From: Balamuthia mandrillaris
Lineage: Eukaryota
Direction of reading: 5' to 3'
Assembly: GCA_031835245.2 (NCBI GenBank)
Contig: JAVKOQ020000003.1
Location: 248,001 to 312,000, forward strand
DNA: 64,000 nt
The position numbers were made by a program, and so were the translations under genes. Every line of letters starts with the position of its first letter. Position 1 is the first letter of the stretch. Shown piece by piece: positions 1 to 14,500 of this stretch. The notes beneath the pieces are model-generated. The model had not been told where the DNA came from. It was given only the letters and a program-made list of their open reading frames with translations, and did not search any database.

Positions 1-2261
1 GACCAGTTCTTGAGTGCCAGAAAAGCTGGGATGTTTCACAATATTATTCAACAGACTCTGTTGTGCAAAAGCGGCAGCTTCACGACCACCATGACCTAAA
101 ATGGATGGTGGTTAGGATTACACCCGTTTCAAAAGTTAAAGGAATAGACATACAACGTATGTATGAGAAACAAGGAAAAGAAAATAACATGACAGAAGGA
201 TTGTAACAAAGAAAGATTGACCAACCATCAAATACTGCAAAGAAGGCACGAGGAATCGAGTCACTAGCAAGCCCATAATCTTTGTTAACATCTGGTACTA
301 TACAATATTCGTCCTCCATGCTGCAGCGTTGTCCTTGAGTATGGGCGACAGCCACGGAAAACCGCAACCCTGTGTGCCTCTACCAAAGCGTTTAGCAAAA
401 CCAAAAAGGCAAATCAAGAACAAGCAGAACCTTGACGGTTTCAGTTAAAGTTGCTGGCTGCCATTCCGAGCTCATGGCCTGGTTGCTTTCCTGGGTGATA
501 TTTACTGTGACAACAAAAACTACGTATAAGAACTAACATGACAGGAACAGAGGATGCAAAAGGTAAGTCTACCAGATGTACACTTTTTCCACCATTTTGG
601 TGTCTGAATAACTCGTTGACGTGCAGCTAAATGCAAAGGAGAAAGAACATGTTGTACAATCTGGGCTACGGAGCAGTGAATTCCCAAAAGCCACCGTTTG
701 CACATCTCTTCTGTCGTTGCACGAAAGATGAATGGCCGAGTAACGCTGTTCACAACAAAAGCACAGGTGCCATGCTTGGGAGCTGTCCGGATGGAATCTA
801 CCAACGAGAGGGGAATACAACCGTGAATTGGTCGTCGGAACGAAACAGATCCGTCATCTTCTTTAAAGACGAACTCGTCCTCAGACTCAGAGCACCAAGA
901 AGTTGAGGGGGAGGGGGAGGAGGAAGAGGCAGAAGACGAGCCTTCTACAGCCCGAGTCAGTTCACCAGGACGATCAGAAACACTTCGATCTTTCCAATAA
1001 TAGAGCTTGGCATGGTACAACACCACCCAACGTTGCTTCCATTCCTTGTTTTTGCTTCTCTTGTGGAGATAGCCCTCCACATACTGGGACTTGAAATACT
1101 ATCAGGTAGAAACTGCATTAACGAGTGTGTATGCTACTTTAGGGAAAGATGCAACGTACAGGGTGGTAGTCATCATCCTTACGAGGAAGGATAAAGCTGG
1201 TGCCTCGACTGGTTCTAAGGAGACGGATCTTCCGGCGGTCATCACTACCGGCAGAGGAAGGTTGGGTTGAGGGAGGTGGGGAAGCACGCGGTGGAGAGAA
1301 GCTATTGGAGACGATAGAAGGTGGCGGACTGAAGGAACGTATGTTTTCTGTGCTTTCGAACGGATCCTTACTGCTGGAGAAAGGGTCAAAGAGAGAGGAG
1401 GATGTTTGTGCACGCCGAAGGGAGTTGCCGTAAAGCGGCCAAAGTGAAGATGGAAAATCAGCTTTGGCAAAGGAGAAGTTGGTAACACCGTCAGGGGATT
1501 TTGCGTTGTGTGTTTTGCTGGGTAAAATGTTGGGTGCTATTTCTTTCCACTGTTGGCGGGCCTCCTCTTCGAGTTTTTGCAAGACCTCCTCGCTCAGCAT
1601 GACCGAATTGAGAACTGCAAAGAGGTACACAGTCAGAGCACCGTAGACCAAGATTGGTTCAGCTATCAGTTGCTGCGAAACCTCCAAAGTTAATGGTTTT
1701 AACTCCTTTTCAAAGTCAATGCCCAGGGCTACGAACTTGTCAGCGATTAAGTCGTAGAGACCTTCGTGAGCCAATATCCAGTTTTGGCAGAGAGCGGTTG
1801 CAAGTTCCTCTGCTTCTTCGGGTGGTCCCTGCTCCAAGGCTGCTGAGTAACCCTCTACCAGCCGCGCCAAGGGGATCAGAGCGGCCTCTTTTTGATAGTA
1901 TTCCGGAAAGTAGGACAACACGAAGTTGGTGTCATGTTGAAAGTCTCGCTCCAGGTCCTCCCTCGTCTGTTTTGCGCGAGTGACGATTGCTTAGAAGTGC
2001 GTGGTTGAAGCAAGCAGGGAAACACCACCTCTCTTCAAAAGGAACAACAACAACCACACCGCAACAAGAACAAAGTCCAAAGGGAGGGGAAGCCATACCT
2101 CGTGCAACAGCAGAGGAAGCCAAGCACCGAGCAGTTTGACCTTTTCCAGAAAAGTCTTTACCTGAGGAGAAGTCATCCCTGGGAGGGCCAATTTTGTTGT
2201 TGAGGCGGGGCAAATGTAACGCCAGGAGAAGAAAGGCTTGCAGCGGGGTCCCACTGCACAT
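1..2261 (-). CDS. PH-domain PP2C-family (PPM) protein phosphatase, multi-exon, 3' end runs off the window
   Basis: Spliced model joins the ORF at 1139-1921 to the PH exon (donor GTACGT after 1160, acceptor TAG before 1098, giving YFKSQYVEGYLHKRSKNKEWKQRWVVL...WLLGI). PP2C motifs GQRCSMEDEY and FFAVFDG|HGGREAA follow. The start near 2261 is tentative. Confidence 0.8.
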
Positions 2262-2384
2262 CACAGAGTAGCAAGCTGCACCACCCACAAGGCTCCTTCG
2301 TGGTGTTGTTGTTGTTGGGAGATAATTCTAAATGAAATGCCCAGAAGATCTATATTCGTGTCGTCACGGATGGCTACACTTTTG

Positions 2385-2501
2385 CTTTAGAATTGCAGCA
2401 CAGTCCCTGCTCGGCCAAATGGCGAGGCACCACCCACATCATCCAAAAGGAACTCACGAACGACTCGCCTTTTTCTTTAGAATTGCAGCACAGTCCCTGC
2501 T
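2385..2501. repeat. 27-bp exact direct repeat, two copies 90 bp apart
   Basis: CTTTAGAATTGCAGCACAGTCCCTGCT at 2385-2411 and 2475-2501. Confidence 0.85.
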
Positions 2502-2575
2502 TGGCAAGGAACAGGAACCTTTACTACGAAGGGGGCGAACAAAACATGCAGAGGTATCCCCCCCTTTTATTTTGT

Positions 2576-5500
2576 TTATTCTTCCACTTCGGATAATTCA
2601 TAGTGAGAATGCTCCGCGGATCGAGGAACGTGCTCGCTTTCTTCCTCTTCTGGCCCGTTGGTGGGCAGTTGGGTGTAAGAGGGCTCCACTTTGCGACAGG
2701 CACAGAAAGAGGGGAGAGGTAGGATGTACACAAGGCAGGAAATAAACGGAAGGAGAAGCCACAAGTACCACAATGACACGGAAACATTAGCTGCATCCGC
2801 TCGAATCCAAATGAGGAAGACCAGTCCGCATAAGGTTGCCGTGAGAGTAACTGTTGCATGGACAATTGTCCAGATTCGCCCAGAAGTGGCAGCACGTTGC
2901 CTGACTAGCACCCAAAGAGCAAGGAATTGTGCAACGCCTTCCACAATGACGCAGATAGAAGCAAAAGCAACAAAGACGGATGGCTGTATAGGGGCATCAG
3001 GTCGTCCCAGTACAGAAATGAAGAAGGTGACGCCTAACGTGAGCAACACGGAGGTTGAGCGTAGCCAAGCAGTGTGCTGGCGGTTCTCAGCGTCTTCATA
3101 CTTGATTGGAGGGTAGTGCCAGGTAAACAGCAGGAAGCCCAGCCCTCCCAACAAAAGAAAGAGAAAAGAGAAGAAGATAAGGGCGATGCTCCAAGAAGAT
3201 TCAGCTGGCGTCTGCCCAATGACGAAGGGGCTGAGGAAAATGGTCGCTGCAAGAATAGCGCGCTGGGTAAGTCGCCAGCCAAACTTGTCGCGGAGGTGCC
3301 TTGCAAGAAGCACTTGCAGAGCCAGAAGGTTGAGAAATAGCGCCACCAAGAACATGAAGAGGGCGAGGATAGTGAGATGAGCTGCTCCATAAGGCTCGCA
3401 GTAGGAGAGTAGTGAGGATACACTCCACTGAGCGCCTTTCAGAAGGGATACCAAGGCTGATGACGCAGTTATGTCGTCCGAAGCAAAGGCTTTCTGCAAG
3501 GAAGCAGTGATGACAATGCAACCCCATCCAAGTGGCACTGGAGAGCTAGCATACATCCACCAAGCAAAATATCCAGTAGCTGCAATAACGAAGAAAAATA
3601 CAATGACAAACGTGCTGTGGGTATTATCGGTCGGAGCAGAGGGCCAATGGGTGGTGTTGGAGGATATCAGCAGCTTGAATCCGTGTTGTTGATGGTAGTG
3701 GGAGGGGTCTTGGCATAAGAGAGAATGCTTGCCATCTGAGACTACGCGCAACCGCTCGTAATGCTCACATTTGTGTTCATTGTCTATTGAACAAGGCAAA
3801 CGGTCTTGCAACCAAGAAACATCGGTAATGCCCATTCTCACCCAAGCTTCATCACGGCAGTGTATACGTGGGTCGAGGCAGGTAGACTGATCAAAGCTGA
3901 GCGGACCGTGCGGTGTGATAGCACTATGTTGTGGATCGATAGACACTTGGGCATGTAGCAGCCGAAGAGAGGTGCGGGTTTGGGAGAGTAGCATTGCCTC
4001 CGAAGTGTTATGCACCGCCAAGATAGGTGGAGGGGATATGGAGGTGGTGTTCGATAGGTAAACACTGCTGAAGCCATCGTGGAGGTGTACCGTCAGAGGT
4101 AGACTAGTGTTGGCAAGCCATTCTAGCCAAGCTTGATTGGCTAGAATGGGCTTCTTGCTATGGTTAAAGGAAGTAGAAGAAATACCTCGCAAGGAAGTAG
4201 GGCCAAACACAACAGTACGATTGTAGGTTGGTAGGCTGCTGTTGTTGTGCGGCAATACCAGAGGGAAGAAGTGGATAGCGGAGGGATACTCAGCAGCATC
4301 AACGAAAGAAATGTAGGGAAGTCGCATCATACGAGACGATGCGATGCTGACTACCGAGCCATTACAGGAAGGGCCGTGGAAGCGCAGGGCTGTGGAGTTG
4401 TATTCCTGCCAGTGTCCAAAGTTCCACGAGGAGAAGGAGGAGGAGAAATTACTGGAACTTGAAGTAGCACCACCACAAGCAATCTGCACGGAGCTATCCT
4501 TATTACCACCAACAAAGAGGTTGGTGGAGTTGACTAAGCAAGAGCCTCCATGACTGAGCAGAACTTCCAGGTCATCCTCTACGGTCATGAGATTGCCATG
4601 AAGAAGAGTATGGGACCATGGTTCAGAACCAGAGTCCTTGATCTCAGCTGTAACGTTGGGGAACAGGAGCACCAGCCGGTAGAGTGCCCGTTGTTTGCCA
4701 AGGCCTGTTACCTCGGTCTGTGGAGTGCTAACGTTCAACTCGCCGCTGTGCCGAGAGTAGAAAGTACAGTTTGCCTGAACAGCTTGAGGATCTATGCCAA
4801 GCTGCTGGAGCTGCTCTCCAAGCCACCAAGACACCGGCTCCGTTTGAGCAGAGGCGGTAGAATTGACCAATGAGCCTACTTGACGCAGACAGCCGTTAAA
4901 ATATTGGATGTCGCTAAAGGTATAGTTGAGGAGGGTGTGGCCTCCAAGCCCCACTGCAACCACGCTGACATTAGCCTCTACCACACTGGGAGACACGATA
5001 GTCGTTGTATTGATGGCCAAGCTGTTGTTTAGCATGCGCTCCAAACGAAGGAAGGAAGGTGGGGTGGCAGGAGTGCTGACACGAAGGTCGGCATCAGCTG
5101 GAGTGCCTTTGACAGTGATATTGATTGGCTGTTGGGTGCTGAGGGAAAGGTGATCAATGGCAGAGGCCTGCACAAGCAAACCACCCAAAGTCACTCTTCC
5201 CATCTCTGGCAATTCCATTTTTTCTACCAGCATATTGTAGAGAATGGAATTGTCTGGACCATCCACATTTACAGCAAGAATAGCACCAGTGCCACGCAAA
5301 CTCCATACGTTAACATAGGCGGCGTGATCGAGAGGAGTGGGAAGGTTAACTTCCACCGTCCAGTTACGAGCAGGCTGCAGTGGAGGCTCCGATCGGCCTT
5401 GTCCATCTATTACTACCACTGCCTCTGGCGCAATGCCCACAATCTTGTAGGTGGTATAGGAGGCTGGTTCATACTTGTCCACTTGGCCAGGCACCGTAAC

Positions 5501-8500
5501 GTTGATGATGACTACTTGCTCTCTTACCAGAGAGAACAGGGTAGTTGTTGGTGTGTGCTTCCCCTGAGAGAAAAAGCCAGGGGCCGCAGCTAGAGATACC
5601 ACCCCATAGTCATTACTGGCTTGCTGTAGCTGTGATCGCCTCCGTACAAATGGCAAATCTTGCACCTTCAGTTGCTCTAACGTAAGTACAGATGAGGCAT
5701 AAAGCGGGTCAAGGGGTCCAATGATGCTGCCCTGAATGCTTGGTTGGGGTAATTGACTGTCAGTGTACCATACAGTCACATCATCAGAGGCTCGATCGTC
5801 TCCTAGTCGTGCTACCACAGCACGGCAGGGCATGACCAGCGCCAGACTGTCGTTACCAACTCCAAGATCAAAGAAAGCATGAGCATCCACCCCCCTGGCC
5901 AAGCTAGAAACATTCTGCCAGGTGACCACATCACCACCAGGGCCAAGGTTTACGTTCACTAAAGCAGAGTGAACTTGGCGGCCAACAAAGGTATCATCAG
6001 CCCATCCCGTCTCAATGGTGAGATTCATGAAGCCGGAGTAGACAAGCGGACAGGCTCGGCAGGGTTCATCTCCAGGATCAGCAGGGAAACCGACAGCTTG
6101 CATAAGGGTACACATCCAAGAAGACTGGTTGTAGGAGAGGGGAGCTATGCTTCCGTTCTTCAATTGAGAGGCTAGGCAGGACTGATCCAGGTAGTAGTGC
6201 TGCGGAGGGGCCTGTGGTCCCATGCCCGAGTTGAGGATCACCTTCACTGGCGTGGTAGTCACCTTGGATTGGCCGGGCTGAGGTTGGGCAAGGGCAATTG
6301 GGGCTACAATGTCTCGTAGGGGATGAGTGCTGCTCAGCGCAGATTGGACTTGACCAAGTGCCAGCTGGTTGATTGTTCCCATCAGTAGGATGGGGCTATT
6401 GCTGGACACGACGCGCACATTATTGATTGGCAGGGTGATGTTTTCAGAAGCGGTAAGGTTGGAGGGTAGGGTAAAGTTGAACAAATATTCCGTGCCGAGG
6501 GTACCACGGATGACGTTGAGCTCGGTGCCGTTTTGTCCAAATTGGATAGTGACACGCTCTATTTCATCGAAAAGAAGGTGGAAGTACTGTTTTTCGTTGA
6601 TGGTGTCGAACGCCAGCAAGGCGTTTTCTTGAATGTCGAAGCGCAGTGGGCGATTTTCAGAAGCGGCACGGATATGGATGGTGTCGTTCTGGCCACGGTT
6701 AGAACTGCCGTAGATCCACATAGTGCACTCCAGGGAGGAGATCTTGTTATTCTGTCCGATTTCTACCTCATGGTTGCTGCCATTTTGGAGGAAGATGCGG
6801 ACGTCAGACTTGCCATCGCACCCCGTGATCTGTTGGTAAATGCTGCCACCAGGCGCGCCAATAGAGTAGACGTGAATGGAGTCCTCTCGTACAGGCGCCA
6901 CGAGTGAAAAAGAGGAATGTGTATCAGCAGCACCGATGATGTGGTAGTTCCTGTTTTCCACGCTGGTGTGGCGGATCGTGTGCACGTCGTTAGGACTACC
7001 GTTCCACATGACGAGGGAATAAGGTGAGGCCGTTGCTTTCATGTGCAGCTGTTGCTGCGTGATAAGTGTGAAGTTGGCAGTGTCAATGCCTCCTCCGCCA
7101 ATAAGCTGGGTGTTGCCCTGGATGGCCGTCACCGAGGGGACTACGAAGAGGTCGTCACCAGTGCCAGCCAAAGCTCGTAGGGTGGTGCCAGGTGGGTTCT
7201 CTTGGATCAAATAAGTGGTGGGTTGCTCGCGGTTGCCAGCCACCCTCACCCACTGGTAAGAGGGAGGAAGGTAGAGCTGTAGTTGCTGCGTGTCCGTTGT
7301 GGCCTGCACCAAGTGAGTGGAAATGGTGTAGTGTGCAGCCTCCACGGAGATAGCCAGCGTGTCGCTCTCTCCTGTAACATTGATGGGTCGGCGGTCGTAG
7401 AGTTTCAACGCAGAGTCCAGTGTGACGTTGTTGTTGGCCAAAGATTCCAGAAGGGAAGGAGCTGGCACTCCCGATAAGGCATAGGTAACGCCCGCTGCAG
7501 GGCTGGTTAAGTGCAAAAAGCCACAACGCGTGATGCTCACCCCAGGAACAGACTCTGGAGCGACCAAAGTGGGAGAGACCTTGATGGTGGTGGAATCACG
7601 GAATTCGGAGACTATCAACCTCAACCTGGCGTTGTCATAGGGTGGCAGGTTTACTTGTTGGTGTACCACGTTGCCCACTACCCAGGTGAAAGGAGCAGTG
7701 CCAGGATTGCCCTTGTAAGTAATGGCAGAGGCGGTCAGCTTGCCTCTCGACATATGTGCAAAGCCCGAGTTGAAGCTCACGCCACTTGGTGCATAGTCCA
7801 CACTTAGTCCACCGGCAGGCGTCTCGAACAGATAAAACAGAACACCATCTTGTTCAGCAAGGGAGAGAGGAGCTATGGCTCTTCCTTTTTGATGTCGGCG
7901 TGAGCTTATGTACGTTTCTTCTGCCATCGATGAGGAGGATGCTGGTAGCATAAGCGTTGCTGGGGCGTGGGACCGGAAGCCCACCAGGTCCAAATTGACC
8001 TTGGCGTAGGGATCAGAGATGGCAGGGTAGGTAGCCGGCTGGTTTATGATGGGCCATTCGTGGCCCCAGCTCAGCTTGACAATGTCCCAACAGATCTCAT
8101 CAAAGATAAGCTCAATGCAAGCGCGAATGGCCAGGCCAAAGCGAGCACCTAGCGTAACACGTTTGTCTAGGGCTCCCCACCAGCCGTTCAATTTGACGAG
8201 GTAAGCAATCTCGTTGAAGGTGACCCATCCATTGCCGTCGATATCCACGAAGCGTACCTGGCCCGTTAGAGTGAGCGTCAGGAAGGCTTGACCCTCAAAG
8301 ATGAAGATGCCAATGGACACACTGCCAGTGACGGAGACACGAGCTTGAAGGGGCCAACGTTCTGAACCATCGTTATTGCGGGCAGGCAGGGCCAGGGCGT
8401 GAACCACCATGGCAGGGGAACCTGATTTGAAGGCATCCGCCAGGCCACTGTACATGAGGGCCACTTCACCGAAACTGACACGTAAGCTAGCGGATACGGC

Positions 8501-11500
8501 CAGGCCCAGCTCCACTTCTGGCCAAGGCCAGATTGGGATGGACCAGGATAATCCCATTCCAAACTCCAGGTCTGGCAAGGTTACACCAGCCAAAGGAAAG
8601 TCGATGCCCATCATTGCTGATACCAGGTTCTTGGCCACGTTGTCGAACATGTAGAGACGAACACCAAACTTTCCACTAGTGGTAATGCTCGTATAAAAGC
8701 TAGATACCTCTTTTTTGGCAGCTGCGTCCTTGCCGTGGAACTGTAAGCCTGGAGGAGGCAGCGGTCCCGTAAACTTGGGTTCCACTGTCTCTTTCGTGAA
8801 GTCAAGATAAAAGTCTTGTACAGCCTGTACCACGTTGCACTGGTCCTTGGAGATAACCTTGGTTAGGTCCACTATGAGTTCCAACTTACGATAGACGTCC
8901 ACAAAGGTCTCCAGCATCTCTAGCACGCCTTGGTAGTGACACTCGTCGCCGACCTGGCAGAAGAAGAAGAGCACTTGAATTAAGTTGATGTCATTGCCAA
9001 ACACATGAGACAGGCCGGGAATAGGTCGCAAGAGGATACCGTCAGGACCCAAGACTGGATCCAGCGGGTCCAGCAGCTTGCCGATGGTCTGCTCCGTAGT
9101 CACTCTAACTACATTGATCAGCAGACGGCCAACACAAAAATGGATGTCGGAAATGTAAAACTGAGGGGGGGTCAGGTTGTCGTGTAGCTTCCATTTCCAA
9201 CTCAGACCGAGAGAGGCCTGCCAGTGAGGAAGGGCGTCCAGGGCATCTGGTGTGTGGGCTATCCGTTCCGCCAGCTCTCCGCCCAACCCTATCTCTGCTG
9301 CACCGAACAGCCTTACGTCCATCCAAAAATCGGGATTGAACTGGCTATCGACGGCAAAGCGTCCCTCCAGCTTTGTAGCGTTGCTGCCGGTGGTTACCAG
9401 GCGAAGATCCAGGCCGACATAGCCAATATCGCCAGAAAGGCGACAACCATCCGCCACGCTCATGCTCAACGCTCCCGAGAAAACAGGGTCCTCTGGGAAT
9501 CGCAAGCGTACGCCGTGGGTGTAGTTGAAAACCAATTCCACCGTAAAATTCCAACTTAGTATCAATTCCGCTTCGCACAGGAGTTCCAGCGATGCAAAGC
9601 CATGATCCCCCAGGCCAAAGTCCATGTTTTGGATCGGCTTGCGGACCGTGCTACCAAACGGAAGCAGCCACTTGTATTCGTCTGCATGCACATCAGGTAC
9701 TGCAGGGCAGGGTCCTCGCAACACTCCACTTAGTTCCTGGCAAAGGACTTTGGTGAAAGCCTCCAGCACAAGGCTCTCAATGTAGGTTGGGTCAAAACTG
9801 AAATCGTACTTGGTCAACATGTCGTTGGTCATGTTCGTGATAGCCACCACAAAGTTTTTCGTCAATTCAGGTCCAACGAGGTCTCCGATGGCAGCAGTGA
9901 TGAGATCCTCCACGAGCTTGTCCACCAAGGGTAATCCCAGCTTGACCAAGATACCCCCTCGCCCAAGGAGGCGGGAGAGGAAGGCCTGTATTTCGCTCTC
10001 CCAATCCTGCATGAATATCAGCTCTGAAAAGTAATCGAACAACGTATTCTGAAGCAGGGCTCGTTCCAACATCTCTAAGAAGCCTCCTTCGCAGCCCTGT
10101 TGGATGATATCAGGAAATTGCCGACCAGTAATGAAGTCGTAGATGGAAGAGATATTGATCAATAGTCCGCATTTGTCGTGGGACCCGCTGCCCAGGGCGA
10201 TGAAAGCATCCAGGCCGGCTGTACCTGTCAGGCTTAGTGCAAGTGACCCAGAGGGGGACAGCCTGGCCGTCAAATTTGCTGGATAGCCCAGCCAGCCGTG
10301 TGCTTCCGAGAATGTGACAGAAAGAGGGCCGAATGATGCTTTGATATTGCCATCCATAGCGAACCCCATAGCCAGCGACATGCGGGTTGCTTCGTGATCA
10401 AGAGCCAGAGAGACTCCTCCATCATCTTCAAATCGGGCCAGCAGCCGCAATCGCATGTCAAACCCAGTCTGCAGGTTCATGTCGCTCTCAGCTCCGATGC
10501 CAAAAGGAAAACCAGGGCCAAACAGGGCGGACGTATCAAACCGCAGTCGATCCTCAAAGCTACGGTTGAAGAGAGAGACCTGAAGATCCACGGCCAAAGT
10601 GTGAGCATCCACAAGGGCATTAGCGCAGACGTCCTGTCTATAAACGTCCTTCATCACGGCACAGAGCAGAGCCAGGGTGAAGGGTTCTTTTTTGTTGCAT
10701 ACACTGGACTGAACATCCTTCAGCAGGGAGAGCAAACCGGAATCCAGCAGTCCAGCGAACGTGTGTTGGCTCATTGGAAGGAACTGACGGGCTAGCTCGT
10801 TGGTGGTAAGGATGTCAGACAAGTCTTGGGCAAGAGTCAGCCAGCCACAAACAGAGTTGTTCGTATTCAAAAGGCTTTGGAAGGCAGTGATGCTTTGTTG
10901 AGCACCACTGAAGGCCACCTGCCAACTGGCCAATTGTTGAGTAAAATCGGTCAGGTCGGAGAGGGCGGCTAACTTCCAAGTTCCTATGTTGTGCAGCAGT
11001 ACATCGGGAGGCGGAATGTCCATCTTAACAAAGTCCAGAAGCAGATTCTGCAGGCTAGTTGAGCTATTGACGTTGAAGGCTGCGTTGAAATAGTCAAAGA
11101 ACTTGCTACGGGGAGCGATGAGGTGGCCCATGAGCTGGTAGGGAGCTGAGCCCTTGATAGCCACCTGCAGTTGGCTGCGAGCGGAAATCCTACTGCTGTT
11201 CATGGCGAGCACGGCATAGCGTCCCGTGGCTTGCGGTAGGGAGGCTTCCAGGTCGAGGCTCAAACCCATAGAAGTGTTCTTTGAGAGCAGAAGAGCACGT
11301 GCGGGCACATTGGTAGCGTTCTGGAGAGCGGGAACATGGCCCAACGGGTTCATGATGCTTAGCGACAATGGCACCAGCCACCGTACTTCCTCTTGTCCTT
11401 CTTGTGTGGCTGGCAAAGAAACATACCTAAGATCAAAGCGAACTTGAGGAATGCTTTGCAGCAAGGGATCTCCCGGCATTTCACTGACGGTAAACATGGG

Positions 11501-14500
11501 CCGCAATGTTTCGTTAATCTGTGGCAAAACTTCCTGCAAGAGAGCATCTCGCAAGAGCTTTCCAGGAGAGAGGACGATAGAGTGGGTGACGGTCATTGTG
11601 ATGGGCTGTGCAGAAGGAGAGCGCAACTGGGCGCCAATCATCAAAGAGAAGGTATTGCCGGGCGTTGACGGCACCATCGTAGCGTTTATGGTGAAGGGGC
11701 CAGTGCTACTAAAGTTGGTCATGACGGTGATGTTGCCACGGCCGCCCAATGGAGGTACATCTAGCACGGTAACCATGGTGGCTGAAAGGGAAGCCTTAAC
11801 CTCTCCGCCCAGTCGCCCGCCGCTAACGTCCATAGAAATCACATTATCCATGGCATTAAAACGGGAGGTGATCGCAAAGTCAGTCTCGTGTCGGTGGTCA
11901 GCTGCAATACCCTGTTGAATGGCCACAAATTGTTGTGGGTAGACTTGGCGGAGGGCAGGCGGTACCAGCTGTGGTACATCGTCTCGTTGAATGGTAGTAT
12001 AGACAGGGGGACGATAGGCAAAGATGTTGTCGTAGCCGCTGAATACTCCATGTAACAACCAAGATAAGTCCTCCCAGGTGGCGAATGCCGGTACTGTGCC
12101 TGCGGTCCAACGTCCAATAAAGCTAACATTCCCAACGGGTTCAGTTGTAACCTCTAAGTCCCACACCGCTCCGGCAACGGATGGCACCAGAGCAACGGTA
12201 CCACAGGCAGCACCACCCCGATCGGCCACCACAGCAGCCAGAAAAGGATCCAAATGGCACCCTTGAAGGGCCACGTTGAGGCTGTTAGACAGTTGGTCAA
12301 GGCTCTGTGTAAGCAGAGAGTCGGCCTTGCATATGGTCATGGTCCCTTTGTTGATGGTCACGTTCATAGAGAGGGGACCCTGAGGTCCGGACGGGCAGAA
12401 TGGTTGGGACACCACAAGCTGATGTCTCTCTGCAGCTGTGAGAGCGTGTAACCATGGCAACTTGGCCTTCAGCAAGTCCTCGAAGCCGTGCACCTTGCTC
12501 AGTGGTTCGGCCAATGGGGAGAGGGGGACGTTCAAAGCCGAACCAAAGGCCTGCGGTAGAGAACCAAGAATGCCCTCCTTAAGAACAGTAAGGGCAGAGA
12601 GGGAAGAAACCATGGAGCCGCCATCTGCTGCGTTCACACTGATTTGGGGTGGCAATTCTCTCTTAGTCAGGTCTGAGGCTTGGATTTGGACCTTCAACAT
12701 TCCTCCTAAATCAGTAGCCACGTCCATTGTCAGTGTGAGAGAAGAGGAAGAGGGCAAATTGAGCGTGAGGTCAGCGGAGGCTTGTGCCATAGTTCCAGAA
12801 AGCATATTGAAGGTGAAGGGTATGGTCCAGTCAACGTGTTTGGCCCCGCCGTGAACAGAGTACTCGGTAAGGTCCCCGCTGCCTGAAGGGGTGACGGTGA
12901 AGCGGAGGCGCGTGTAAATATTCATGGGGAGTGACAATCGTCGCGTGTCTGTCATAAATTTCCAGGTGGACCTCTCGGTGGCGAGGGTAGCCGTCACTTG
13001 CCTATGAACCAGGATATCCACTCTCAACGCAGAATTGAGGGGGGCAACGGAGGCGAACAGGATGAGGCTTGGGTCGCTGGCGGCCTCCGCCCGGATCAAA
13101 TCACACAGGCTATTGGCCAGTTTCCATCCACTCATTGGTTGAGATAAGGTGGAGAGGGCATTAGCGAGCACAGTGATCACCGCAGCAAAGCTGTTGTTCT
13201 GGCCTGCCATGATACCGAAGTTATAAGACAATGGATACAGCACGTCGCTAGCCCATCTTTGAACCTCTATGTTATGGGCAGCAGCATTAAGGCCTGCCAC
13301 GTAGCTGGAAGGCTGATAAGGCACGTCGATGGCAAGTTCTCCAGTCTCGGTAAGCCCAATAAGCGTTCCAGGAATGATGCCATGCAACGCAGAGGAGACA
13401 CAAGCTTGAATACGTGCAAGTCGTGTGGTATGGTCATAGACAATGTTCGCGCAGGTGAACATGGGGTTCCCAACAGCGGGCCATTGGGCTTGCATGGAAA
13501 CCACCGCCGAAAACACGAGTGGGGTGGAAAGGATGACCTTATCTCCAGAGATAGAGACAGAAGTCGTAAGGTATCCAGAGACTTGGGAGGCCTGTAATAC
13601 AGAGAGAGAGCTGTCTATAGCTGGCGCTTGGAAGCGAGGATCGATGGCGGGATAACGTTGTCTAACTTGGCGAGCCAGCTCTTGGATGGCTGAGTTAGCA
13701 TTTTGTACAGCTAGATCATCGCCGCCGACCGTTAATGAGCCTTTAATATTTGGAGTCTGGATGACTAGGCTCGTTGTGTTGCCGTCTCGGGAGGTGATGG
13801 GACTAAGACCACGCCTCTCTCCGAACCAGCGCAAGAAATCCTGAAGGGATGGTGCCTGGGTTTGTGAGTGATAGGTGGTAAGGAAAGGTTGGAGGCCGGT
13901 TGAGTCTGTGGGGAAGAGGTTCTTGACCGCCTGATTCACCACAGCGACGGGAGTTGTTAACAAGGAGCGGATCTGTTCAAAAAGCTTGCCGATGAAGGCC
14001 AGTTCTCCTGCGGGAAGAGAGTCTAGCGGGAGAACTGGGATAAGAATACCGGCATGGACGGATGAAAACAGGTTGTAGGGGAGAACGCTGTACATCTGAA
14101 CGTTTCCCTTAGAGCTTCCTTCTCTTTCTCCTCCTTTGGCCACTTGTGCTGATGTCTTTGCTGGAAGACGGCCTGGGGCTGGGGGAGGAGAGGAAGAGAC
14201 GGGTAGGTCGCCTCCAGCAATGATGCCAGAGGTAAGAACTGGGATGGTCCTTAACAAATTGGCCGTAGCTGTGTCATCAGAGAAAAGAGCTAAGGTTGGC
14301 CAACCGCTGACAGCATCGGCAGCGGCAGTGGTAGTCAGAGGAGCTATGGCAGTAAGATAGATGCCCAGAAAGACAGATGAGTTGTCACAGCGAAATAGGG
14401 CGTGGGTGTGTGCTCCCATTCCCCTGGCTGTTATGCGCTCCTCCGTAGCAAAGATATCGAGGGTAAGGTAGCTGGACAACGTGTCCGGGAGGAGGAACAA

